A stretch of 64,000 nucleotides of DNA from assembly GCA_016748015.1 (NCBI GenBank), contig JAAOMT010000659.1, forward strand, positions 623,222 through 687,221. The letters are read 5' to 3'. The translations under genes were made by a program, and so were the position numbers. Source of the DNA: Geosiphon pyriformis uo1. Lineage: Eukaryota; Fungi; Glomeromycota. Positions 25,599 through 36,799 of this stretch are shown in pieces. Below the pieces are notes generated by a model. That model made no database searches, was not told where the DNA came from, and saw only the letters and a program-made list of their open reading frames with translations. The first letter of the stretch is position 1. Each line of letters opens with the position of its first letter.

Positions 25599-27147
25599 TT
25601 TTTTTTTTGTTAATGTGTAGCCATGCTGGTCTTTTATTAGTTTAACCACACTTACAAAGCATGACCTTTTCATAAAGCCAACTCACCCAATAATCTAAAT
25701 TACAAGATACAGCTAACCACTAAGTGGTTACACCTAACTACACGCTAGTATAACCTAAAAATCTATGGGGTACAACACTATCACACATAGTACTCCTACC
25801 ACAAAAAACATTAGTCAGTATACCATTACACTGTGTGGAAACATCACCTATTTTGACTATAGATCCATCACTAATTTTACCACCATTCCCTGAAATGCTA
25901 TCTATTCTGGAGTCACCAGTTGGATTTTTCTTGATCCTATTATTAATACTCATTGTTTTTTCCCATTCAGTTTGCAGTTTACAATGTTCTCCTTACAATC
26001 TATTCCTTGCTTGAGCAACTGTCCATTTACACATCTTAATCAATACTTTATTGCTAGCCCTTAAGTCGATGTCAGAAAAAGTATTGATCCTTTCAAATTG
26101 CTTATTGACCAGTCCTTTACATAGCAGATCTATGTTAGATATTGACCTGATGTATTTATTAGACAGTGCAATCTTCTCATCAGTGTTTTGGGCTCTGCGT
26201 CCCCTTCTCACAGCCTTTGAAAGGCACTGTATCCACTTATTCTTTACATCATCAATCAATGTCTTGCCCTTTTGGGTATTCAAAGAGCAATCCCAAAAGT
26301 GCCAGTTGGTTTCCACTTTCTTGTGACATGTCTTGCAAAGATTATTCAAGTATACATGAGAACATCTGTTGTATAGCACCTCTGCTGTTGACAGCATGTT
26401 GTGAAATGATTTCATAATAAATGTGCACATTGCTGAGGAACTAGCTGAGGTGAAGCCTAATGACATTTTACCATCCCAGTTCCAAATTTTGGTTGTACAT
26501 ATCCAGTCTATATCTTGGTTTAAAGATCCTATCATTTTTTGGACTTTGTTATTGCCTATCCAGTCTAAAGCTAATTGAAGACTAGCCTGTTTGTTCAGAA
26601 AATGCCTAAAGTTTAGATCCACTTCAACTCTACCACAAACAGGAATGTATGCAGTCTCTTTAGCATTGTAGGCCCACCTTATTGTATCAAGAGCAGTAGA
26701 TCTTTTGGCTAGTTTGTCAGCCTTCTTATTTTCGAATATACCAGCATGTGCAGCCACTTTGTTTATGTTGAGGTCAATCCTTTTTTCCCTTATTATCACT
26801 CTGATTGCATTCCATGTGTGCCAGTTTGAAGTTTTAAGCTGATTTCTAATAGACAGGAGAGAATCTTTAGACAACCATCTTTGAGCCGTTGCCATTACCG
26901 CTTGACTATCTATGTTTATTGTTGGTTTACATTTGTAAGGCACTGCTTTCAAAGCTAGCAATACAGCCACTGCCTCTACTTTCATTAATGACAATGTTCC
27001 ATCAATTGCTATACCAAATTCAGTCTCTATCCCATGTGTTATAAAAGCAGCCGCTCTTCTTGCTTCCTTAGAACCAGCTTTTACCAGTGAGCCATCTGTT
27101 GATATTTCTATCTCTTTTCTGAGTTTTAACTTCTCTCGTACACTCTT
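25599..27147 (-). mobile_element. 5'-truncated LINE copy (RNase H to poly(A)) with 13-bp TSD
   Basis: Poly(T) 25599-25608; TSD GCCACTAATGTCA at 25586-25598 and 27148-27160; ORF 25993-27174 encodes RNase H. Confidence 0.93.
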
Positions 27148-27757
27148 GCCACTAATGTCATATAAATTAGCCACTTTATTTTTAGTAAGTGATCATTGAC
27201 CTAGTTGTTGACCTGATCATTAATCACTTTTGATAACTATATAAGCAATGAATCTCTTAGCTGTAGAAAAGTATGAAAAAATCAAGGAAATCAAATAAAT
27301 AAAATAACAACTTTCATCTCAATTATTCTCTTATCACTAATTTTCCTTTTTCTACTTTTAAGTATCTGAACATCTTAAAGATAAAAGATTACTTGTTGGT
27401 TATTTTTTACCCTTTTTCCAAAATGTGTAATTACAACATTTGAAGATTATTGAATAAAATGTGACTAAAGAGTACATCTGATATCTGATATTGAATTCTA
27501 ATAGCGTCGATATGAAGCATAGAATTATACCAGGTGTGATCATTTGTTGACAATACAGACTATTTCTCTACCTTCAGATTCCCCGGTTATCTTTTAAAAA
27601 GTATAGCAACTGAGATATTTTATGAGACTAATCTTACACATTGAATTCATACTTATTCAATCTACTCTTTGAAGTTGAATTCCCTTTGATTATTTCCATT
27701 ACCCTACAATTCTGTTCTCTCTTGTTATCTGTTAACTTGTTACTCCAATCTGTAATA

Positions 27758-27847
27758 CTAGTATGTAATTAGGCATAACCACTTAGTGATTAGCCACATC
27801 TTGTAATTTAGATTATTGGATAAGTTGGCTTTATGAAAAAGCCATAT
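27758..27847 (+). mobile_element. Older LINE 3' tail, left part (continues at 45441-45514)
   Basis: Matches 24139-24225; split by LINE copy 2. Confidence 0.8.
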
Positions 27848-27978
27848 ATAAAAAACTTTTTTTTCTCTCTTTAACTGCTATCACACAATTTACTATGCCT
27901 CAAATTTAAAAAATAAGTTTTTGCAAAGAAATCTTTAAGTATAATAAATTATTATTATTATTATTACAATAGACTTAA

Positions 27979-30417
27979 GAATAATACATCATTCTTTAAA
28001 AAACTTTTTCTCTCCTAAATTTCATAACCACAAATAGAGCTAAGAGTAAAAAAGTTGCAAATGTTATTTTTCCTATAGTAACTAATAAAGTTTCAACACA
28101 AGAGGGTCTCTCTGTTATTGAAGCAGCTAGACAAAACGTTCTGGCAACATTTCTTTTAAAAAATAATAGTAATAAGCTGCCTTTAGCAACTTCTGGTTCA
28201 CTTTTTTCTCCTTTGGTTGGAAGTTCTTCTCCAGTCAAAGTTTCTTCAAAAAGACACACTCGGGTTAGTCCCAGTGTTGTCTCTACCACTTCAAAAAGCC
28301 CTAAAATTTTTAATAACAGACCAGTCAACAAGTTGGTCTTTCCTGCTTTTACTACTGCCACTACTACTTCTACTACTACTGCTTCACAAATGGCCGCAAA
28401 AGTGAAAAATCCCAAAAAACAGCAGTAGGCAGTCACAACTGCTATGGTCACACCGAACCCCTTTGTGGTTCCAGATGAGATCTTCAGTAAGATCTCCACA
28501 GCAGCAACCAGTCCTATTCCTGATATGGATGGCAACAGCAGCGACACATCTCCCAAGTTGGGCCAAGATCAACCACTGGCTGTGTTGCCTGATGTGGTAC
28601 TCTTCAGCAGATCATCGCCAATCCCAGTAGCAAAACAGTCCATCAATCCAGATGATTTCAAAGATTGGACTGATCAGATAGAAATGGAATCAACTGTTCC
28701 CCTCCAGTTTCTGGTGCATCTAATGCTGGTGCTTGGGTGAATGTGACTGGATGTCAAAGGTTCTCTGGTTGGGTGGCCTCCAATCTTGTACCTGGTGCTA
28801 CATTTAAGATCAAAATGGCTTTGCTCAGTTCTTTGTTTCAGTTGCTGCCTGGTTGTATTGGGCTTAAATCTGTTTCATGAGATGCTATCAAGTTGTTCTG
28901 TGTAAAATTTGCATCTTAGAAGTGTCTAAATGGTGCTACCAAAGTGGCCATTGGTGATGAGGTTTTTTTGACCACTCTTAAGATTGCACGGTCTTCAGGA
29001 GTGGCCTCTGTTTCTTCCTCTTCTTTGTCAATTGTATTGTGTGATGTACCCTTGGGTACTTCTTCTAATGACATCAAATCTGCTCTTGGAATTTTTGGTG
29101 TTGTCACTTCTGTTAAGTTGAAGCCTGCTGGCTTATGGCAATATGCTGTGGTTAACTTTAAGGACATTTTTTCTGCTGCTGCTGTTCTCTCTAACTGGTC
29201 TGTGTTGGTCAGAAAAGATAGTGTTAGAATTCTTCCCATTGCCAACCAAAAGAAGATTATCTCCTCAAGAGATGCTTTCAAAGCTAAGCTGGTTAATCTT
29301 CCATTTGGCTATACTGCATTTGAGATAAGTAATCTGGTCTTCCAAGTTGGTGGCTGTACGTGTTTCATTCCCCGCTCCCCTGATTCCTATTGACGTCAAT
29401 GCTTTGCTGTGGTAATCTTTGATTCCTTGGAATCTTTAAATGCTGCTGGTTCAAAAACTGGTACCTTACGTGGCTGCCGCATCTGGTGGGAAACTCCTGG
29501 ATGTTGTCACTGCTATAGATGTCAAAGTTTAGATCATTTGGCTGTAGACTGCAAGGTGTTGCCACCTCTCCCTTCCAAACTCTATTCTAATTCCACTGGT
29601 GGTCTTGTCTTTCTCAAGTCATCTCTTGTTGGAGCTAAATCTTATGCCAAAGCTGCTACCTCTGTGGTTCCTCCTGTTGCTGCTACTGCTGATACAGGTC
29701 TGGCTTTCGGTACCTCCTCCAAAGTTGTGGTGCCGCTGTTGCTAGTTGCCTCCTCTGGTTCAGATGTTGCTGTTAATACTAGATTGGCTTCTCTGGAAAT
29801 CCAACCTAGTGAACTGTCTTTGTTGATCAAATCTATAGTAGAGCCTGTGAGTTTTTTGGTTGTGTTGGTTACTACATTATTGTCTACTCCATCAGTTATG
29901 GCAGAGGCAATGAAGAAAAGTGTGATTGGATTGGGAAACCAAATTAAAGCTGTTTGTGCTGTGGCTTCTGTGCTGCAAAAAGAAGTGGAGGCCCTTAAGT
30001 TGAGAAGTGGGAAGGTACACTATAACTTATCTGATGATGATGACATGGATGATGATGATGATGATGGTGATGCTAAAGATTTTTCGGTCTATGATGATAC
30101 ATTTGATTCGATGATGGAGTTATGGGAGGTTCAATCCTCTAATATCAAGTTCGATCCAGATCAGACAGTTAAGTAGATGAGCGGTCTTGTTAAGAGTAGT
30201 CATAAACTTGTATGCATTATGGGTAAGATGTATGAATTAGATATGTTTAATACATTAGGTAGCAAAGGTAGTACTAGTGTGTAGTTAAGGCTTTCCACTT
30301 GTGGTTAGCTGCATCTTGTAATATGTATTATTGGGTGAGCTGGCTTTATGAAACCACCACATTACTGTAAAATAACTAATAAACAACTGGTGTGGCTACA
30401 CGTTAACAAAAAAAAAA
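27979..30417 (+). mobile_element. Complete ORF1-only non-autonomous non-LTR element, copy C (HAL1-like)
   Basis: 12-bp TSD CAATAGACTTAA at 27967-27978 and 30418-30429; poly(A) 30408-30417; single ORF1-like frame with no RT or endonuclease. Confidence 0.9.
28024..30284 (+). pseudogene. ORF1-like protein of copy C (~750 codons, disrupted)
   Basis: ORF pieces at 28213, 28444, 28944 and 29409; CYRCQSLDHLAVDC; Asp tract; ends KGSTSV* at 30282-30284. Confidence 0.8.
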
Positions 30418-30429
30418 CAATAGACTTAA

Positions 30430-32696
30430 AAGTGTCTGATAACAATGTCAACAGTAAAGTGAGACCAGTTATGCAAAGAAGTACAAGTGTAGAGACTATT
30501 AATAGTGAATATCAAGTGAAGAGAAACATAACTTCCACTGTTGAAAAAGAAAACTTTAACACTAATTCATAGAATTCATTAACTGTGAAAACTGCAAGAC
30601 CTACTATATCTCCATTTAAATTTAAAACTACCAATAGACCATTTGGAAGTGTGAACACAAGTAGTGGAGATGATACACCCTTTAGAATAGCCAACACATT
30701 GAAAAGAACAGCTTCACATAGGAGAGCAGCAGACTTTTCTTCAACAACAGCTAACAGATTAGAGGAAAAAGCCAACAAAAAATACAGACACATTGGAAGA
30801 ATAAGTGTAAAAAAGCTAACTGAAAAATTCAACCAAATAACTAAAGAAGACCTATCCAAAAACACATCTGTTTAAACCAACAACTTTGTCTTGCAACCAA
30901 TGTTCAACAAAAGAGGAAACAGCAACAAATTTCAAATAGAAGCTTGGACTGGAGAAAAGAGAGTCTCAAAGTCCCTAAAAAAAATGAATAAACCATCCAA
31001 AACACCAAAAAAAGACAGAGAAAAAGCTGCACAAATAGAAGCAGCTCTAAGAAAATGCAATCCTGACATTTTGGACAGAATCAACAGAAGAAGTTCTGCA
31101 ATAGAAAATAATGAGCAAATGGACAACCCATTTGACACAAACAGAGATAAGCCTAATGTGGATGATACTGCAGATGACATAAAAAACTCTGAATTCAGCC
31201 TATCAAGCAGAATGGCTAGTCCAAGTCCAGATCAATACAGTAGTAAATCACTTGGCAAAAAACCCATGCTTATGGAAGCAAGCCAGGAGAAAGAATGGAA
31301 AACAGTGGTTTATGGGACCAAAAGACATGTACTTTTTGTGCAAGCATTAGATATACCTGAAAAAATTATGGGAAAGAAAGTGGGATGGATTTATGATCTC
31401 TTGGAAGATGTTAGTTACCTCTTGGGGGCTGTAATGGCTAGGAACCAAGAAATCAGAATTGATTTTTCCCAAGTGGCTGAAAGAGACCAAGCCAGAGAAA
31501 TTCTGGCAAATAAAAGAATTGATGGCTACTGATGGGGTTAACAACCAAATGACTGGTCAAAAAAAAGTCCTGGTGAGAGATATCCCCTTGGGCATCTTAG
31601 ACAGAGAGATGGGAGCTGTCATGAAAGAATTCAGTAAGGTCAAGAAAATTCAAATCAGAGTGGCTGACAAATGACAATCAGCAGTGGTTGAATATAACAA
31701 CCAAGAAGAGGCAACCAAAACTGTAAACCAATGGTCAACTATGGTCAGAAAAAATGCAGTCAGAATTTACCCAATGATTGAAACCCAAAAAACCATTGAG
31801 CAGAGAAAAGCCTGGAAAGCTAAATTGGTGGACTTACTACAAAACTGTACTGCTCACTACTTGAGCACCACTTTGGATCAAATTAAAGTCCAATCTTGTT
31901 TCATCCCAAGAACTAGCAAAAATTATACAAGGATGGGCTGTGCTTATATAGAATTTAACAGTGAAGCTAGCTGCAACAATGCCACCAAAAAGCACTTGGT
32001 AATTGGTGACACACTGGTCTACTGGATGCCCACTAATGCTAAAGAGTGCCACTTCTGTTATTAGGTGGGGCATCTGGTCTCAAAATGTCCAACTTTGCAT
32101 AAGAAGAAAAAAGGAGATACCAAGAAAGTTACCAACAATATTAGGTTAGCAAAGCTGTATGTTAAGAGGAATGTTTCAGAAAAAAATGTTAAGGCCTTTG
32201 GTGGAAGATCATATGCTAAGATGGCTGTACTTAGACTGCCTCATAATTGGGACAACACCAATCTAAATGGTACTTGAAAACCTGGTCCACAGATAAACAA
32301 TAGAGAAAAACAATCAAAAAAAAGAGTCAACCAATCATGGAAGGCTGAAATCAATGAATTAAGACAGCAGGTTAATGAAATGGCAAAACTGCTAAGTGTA
32401 GTTGCTGCCAAACTTGGAGTGACAATGGAAAAAAAAAAGAAGTAATAGTTACTTAACAGCCAAGTAACACCACAGAAGAAAAGGAAAAAATAGAAAATAG
32501 GTCACCAAGCCAAAGTACTACAATTAAATCTACTCCAGCAGAGAGAAAAGAGGTATACAACTCGGAATTAGAGATAAAAAAAATTAAAAAAACACTGGAA
32601 CCCATTCTGGAGTTATTGAAGCAAGTAAAAAAACAGGGTAGCTAGAGCAGTTTTACTGCTGAAAAATCTAAATCTATGGAAACAGATAATGTGTAG
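30430..32696 (+). pseudogene. LINE copy 2 ORF1 (N-terminal remnant lies in 27848-27978)
   Basis: Homologous to 17197-19255. Confidence 0.8.
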
Positions 32697-35600
32697 CACA
32701 TTTAATTTCAACAAAAAACAGAACTACTCTAATAACAACACTTGGAAAATTGGTACTGTTAATGTTAGAAGACTTAATAATCCTGGTAAAGCTAAAAAGA
32801 TGCTACATTGGATTATTGAAGAACAATTTGATTTTGTGATTGTTACAGAAACAAAAATTACTCCAACAAAAAAAAAGAGTGTATTCTTTGGTTCTGATGA
32901 ATATTATGCCTTTTGGGAGTTAAGTGCAGAGAAACAAATAGGAACTGGTGTTGGTATACTGGTCAAAAAATGTTGGATACATCATGTGAAAACAATCAAG
33001 AAATATTATGGGAGGCTTTTACATTTGGGGTTAAAATTTAGAGGAAGAATCAATGTGCACATAGTAGGACTGTACATGTCTGCTTCCAAATTGCCTACTG
33101 AGAAAGCAGTTGCTAAAGAAATTAGAAAACTTTTGGGAGACATTGTGCAAAACAAAGAGATAATCATAGTTGCAGACAATTTGAATGAAGATCTGTCATC
33201 CAAATCACTTGAAGAAACATATGCTACAAATAAGGTCAAAGCTTGTTCCACTGTTGCAACACTACAACATATGAATTTAGTAGATACACATGGAGTGTAT
33301 GCAATAAACAATCCAGAAAAGACATGGGCATTAAATGGAGTACAAAGAAGATTGGATTATGTGTTTACTGATACAGTTACAGCCTTACTGGTCACAAACA
33401 TTGCGATAATTTATGTTAATGAATCATTTAGCACTGATTACAAAGCAGTAATAACAATTATCTGATCTGACAGAATCTTGGCAGGCAATAAAAAATCTAG
33501 ATCTGGGAGGAAAAAGAGTAGCACAACTATGATTGATGTTAAAAAAGCATCTGGAAAACAATGGGAAATCTATGCAAAAGAAACTGATTGATTGACAGAT
33601 GAAGCACAAAGAAAATTAGGAGATAACAGCAATGATGATCTAAACCTGATGTGGATTACAATCAAGAAGACTGTATTACAAGCTGCTGATTGCCTACCAA
33701 AAAGGAAAGTGGGAGCCCGATCTGCACACACAAAGAAAAAATGCATGGATCACAAGCTTGTTAAGATTGTTGCTGATATAATCAAACAAATAAGAGTAAA
33801 CAATGCAAATATACATGATAACAATGTTATGCAGTTGTTGGCTAAATGGAAACAGTTGAAACCTGAAATGGTTAATGCATATTTGATGATTCTTTCAAAG
33901 GATAAGCTTATTACAGAATTATTCAATATTAAGAAAGAATACAGATCAACACTACATGCTAGAATCAAGCTACAACAGCAGAGACAAATAGTGGACAATA
34001 TCATCAAAAGACAACAAAACTTTGATCTAAACAAAAGAGCTATAATCAAAAGCATCTTGAACAAAAAAAGACAAAGAATTGTATTGGACCATGTCATTGA
34101 AGAAGGCAAATTTCATGATGATCCTGATGAGATTAAAAAGCTAGTAAACAAAAAAGCCCAAGGATGGACTAGAACAAGAATTCTTGAGCCTAACCTATGG
34201 AAAAGTTGGGAACACAGATTTGAGCCGATTAAATACATTCCAGACCATGTCTTTGATGGTGTAATGACTAAAATATCAAATAAAGAATTTGAACACATAT
34301 TAAGCCACACACCCATAACAAAGCTTCTGGCCCATCAGGTATTCAAGCTGAACTCTAAAGGAAGACTGGGCCTAATACCAAATCTAAACTAAAAACATTG
34401 CTTAACACTTGTATTAAAGCAGCAAACATGCCTGAGGAGTAAAGAGTAGCACAAGTTATACTGATTCCAAAGCCAAAAGAATGGGGTGACAATATTGACA
34501 TCACCAGGCCGATTACACTCATTGAAAGCACTAGAAAAATCTTAAAGATTCTAACTGCAAGAATATCAAAAGCATGTGAACTCCACAATGTTCTAAAAAG
34601 TTATAATACCTCAGTGTTAAAGAATACCTCTACAGCAGTGCCAATTCATGTGATTAATACTGTTGCTGAACATGCAAAAAAATTTGGTAATGAGGCCTGG
34701 TTTACATTCCAGGACATAAAAAAAGCATATGATTCAGTGGGATGGAAACCCATAGAAGCTGCACTAAAGAGAATTAAGATGAACAATAAGTTTACTGAGC
34801 TGTTTGGCTTGATGCACAACAATAAAAGCAATAAGATTATAACTGAATTTGGGTTAAGTAACAAATATCAAGTACAAGATAGACTGGATCAGAGGAAAAC
34901 AAGCTCACCTATTATGTGGAGGATTTTCTATGACTCCTTACTATGTGAAGTAAAACAATTCAATTATAGTTATAGATACAAACTAACAGCTGCTTGGAAA
35001 AAGTGGGATAATCAATCAGATACACAATCTCTGTTGGTATTAGTGAATCACCTAGCTTTTGTTGATGACACAGTGTGGATAGCTAACTTAAGACAGGGCA
35101 TGCAGAGTATTTTGGACACAGCTAGCTCCTTTTTTAGAATGGTGGATATAGAGATCAATTTAGATAAGACTGAAACAATGGTGGTCAGACTCTTCAAAGG
35201 GAAATCACTGACAGTTGAGCCACTAAAATTTGGTCCAAACAAACAAATCTTGAAATTGCTGGATCCATCTACATGTATCTAATATTTGGGGGTATAAATC
35301 AGAGCAGATGGAAAAAATGACACTGTTCTAAAAATGATAGGATCTGACATTGAAGCAGTATGTGCAATTATTAGGAAAAAACACATCACTGAGAAACAGA
35401 CCATTTATATTTTTAACAGAGTTCTCAGTCCAGCAATAGAATTCAGATCTTAATTGACCCATATTCCAAATAGCTGGGCTAGAAAATGGACTTCAAAGAT
35501 TTCAGCCACTGTAAAGAAAAAAGCAAAACTTTTAGTCAATTTCCTAGCCAGTGCTATGTATTATTCATTCTTATATAACTTGTTCAAAATTGATGATATA

Positions 35601-36025
35601 CAAGCAAAAAGCAAGATCACAAATTTGTTGGTTAGATTGAACAGTGCTGATATTGCTGGAATGGCTACAAAAATCAGACTAGCTAACTTACAGGCACAAA
35701 GATGGTCAACCCATAGTATACTTGAATACCTTACCAATGAAAGATTTAGACTAGGTGTTAATTTAATTGTTAATATTATACAGATTATAGAGAAAAGAGG
35801 CATTTCATTTAGGAGTGATGGTAACACACATGTGGTACCCAAATCCTCAAGATCACAGGCATACTTAATTGAGACTGTCATACCTTCAGGTACAACTTAC
35901 ACTAAAGTTAAAAGTTTCCTAAGAAAGAAAAACATTTTGTACCTGTATCAGATACAGAACAAAGATAAAACATTGATGACATGGATGGACTACACAAGAA
36001 TATACAGACAAAACAATGGTGGTAG

Positions 36026-36747
36026 TGTTATGGTTGAAACTCATAGTTTTTATTAGTTATCACATGTATTAGTCACTGATGTCATATAATTAGCCAACCT
36101 ATTTTTAGATAGTAATTATTGACCTGATTATTGATCTGATCATTGATCTGATCAATAACCTGACCATTAATCTGATCATTGACCTGATCATTGACCTGAT
36201 TATTGACCTGGTTATTGACCACTTTTCATAGCTATATAAGCAATGAGTCTCTTAACTGTAGAAAAGTATGTTCTCAACAATCAAAGAAATATAATAAAAC
36301 AACTTTCATCTCAAACATTCTCTTATCGCTAATTTTTCTTTCTCTACCTTCAAGTATCTGAACATCTTTTGGATAAAAAATCTTTTGTTAGTGTTTATCT
36401 GCCTTTTCCTGAAATGATTAAACAAAGTATTTGAAGATTATTGAATAAAATGTGATTAAAGAGCACATCTGATACTTGATATTGAATTCTAAGAGTGCTG
36501 ACGTGAGGCATAGAATTATACCAAGTGTGATTATTTGTTGACAGTACAGACTATCTCTCTACCTTCAGATTCCCTGGTTACTTTTGAAAAGTATAGCGAC
36601 TGAGATATTTTATGAGACTGATCTTGCACATTGAATCCATACTCATTTAATTCACTTATTGAAGTTGAATTCCCTTTGATTATTTTCATCACCCTACAAT
36701 TCTGTTCTCTGTTGCTATCCATTAGCTTGTTACTCCAACTTGTAACA
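36026..36747 (+). repeat. 5' LTR of F1 (subfamily b)
   Basis: TGTTATGG...TGTAACA termini; TATA-like TATATAA 36233-36239; AATAAA at ~36445. Confidence 0.92.
36116..36220 (+). repeat. 12-bp tandem repeat (consensus ~TCATTGACCTGA), 8-9 units, in U3
   Basis: Read directly; copy number varies among LTRs. Confidence 0.85.
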
Positions 36748-36753
36748 TAAAAG

Positions 36754-36772
36754 TGGTGCTCCCTGTGAGGTT
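36754..36772 (+). promoter_or_regulatory. Primer-binding site (elongator tRNA-Met-like)
   Basis: TGGTGCTCCCTGTGAGGTT after LTR-TAAAAG. Confidence 0.7.
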
Positions 36773-36799
36773 GTCAAAATCCACTTTGTTTTCTATTAT

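Larger units (their letters stand above)
24289..27757 (+). mobile_element. Gypsy 3' fragment (integrase C-terminus, ORF4, 3' LTR split by a LINE)
   Basis: Integrase tail 24289-24872; LTR starts TGTTATGG at 25540, is interrupted at 25599-27147 and ends TGTAATA at 27757. Confidence 0.88.

Noticed and set aside
29388-29400. TGA shared by copies B (2800) and C, splitting the ORF1-like gene as a programmed readthrough
   Set aside because: Most simply independent CGA>TGA decay at a CpG. It is in frame and inside a domain that is continuous in LINE ORF1; two copies are insufficient evidence.
36116-36220. CRISPR-like array
   Set aside because: Contiguous 12-bp tandem units with no unique spacers, inside a eukaryotic LTR.
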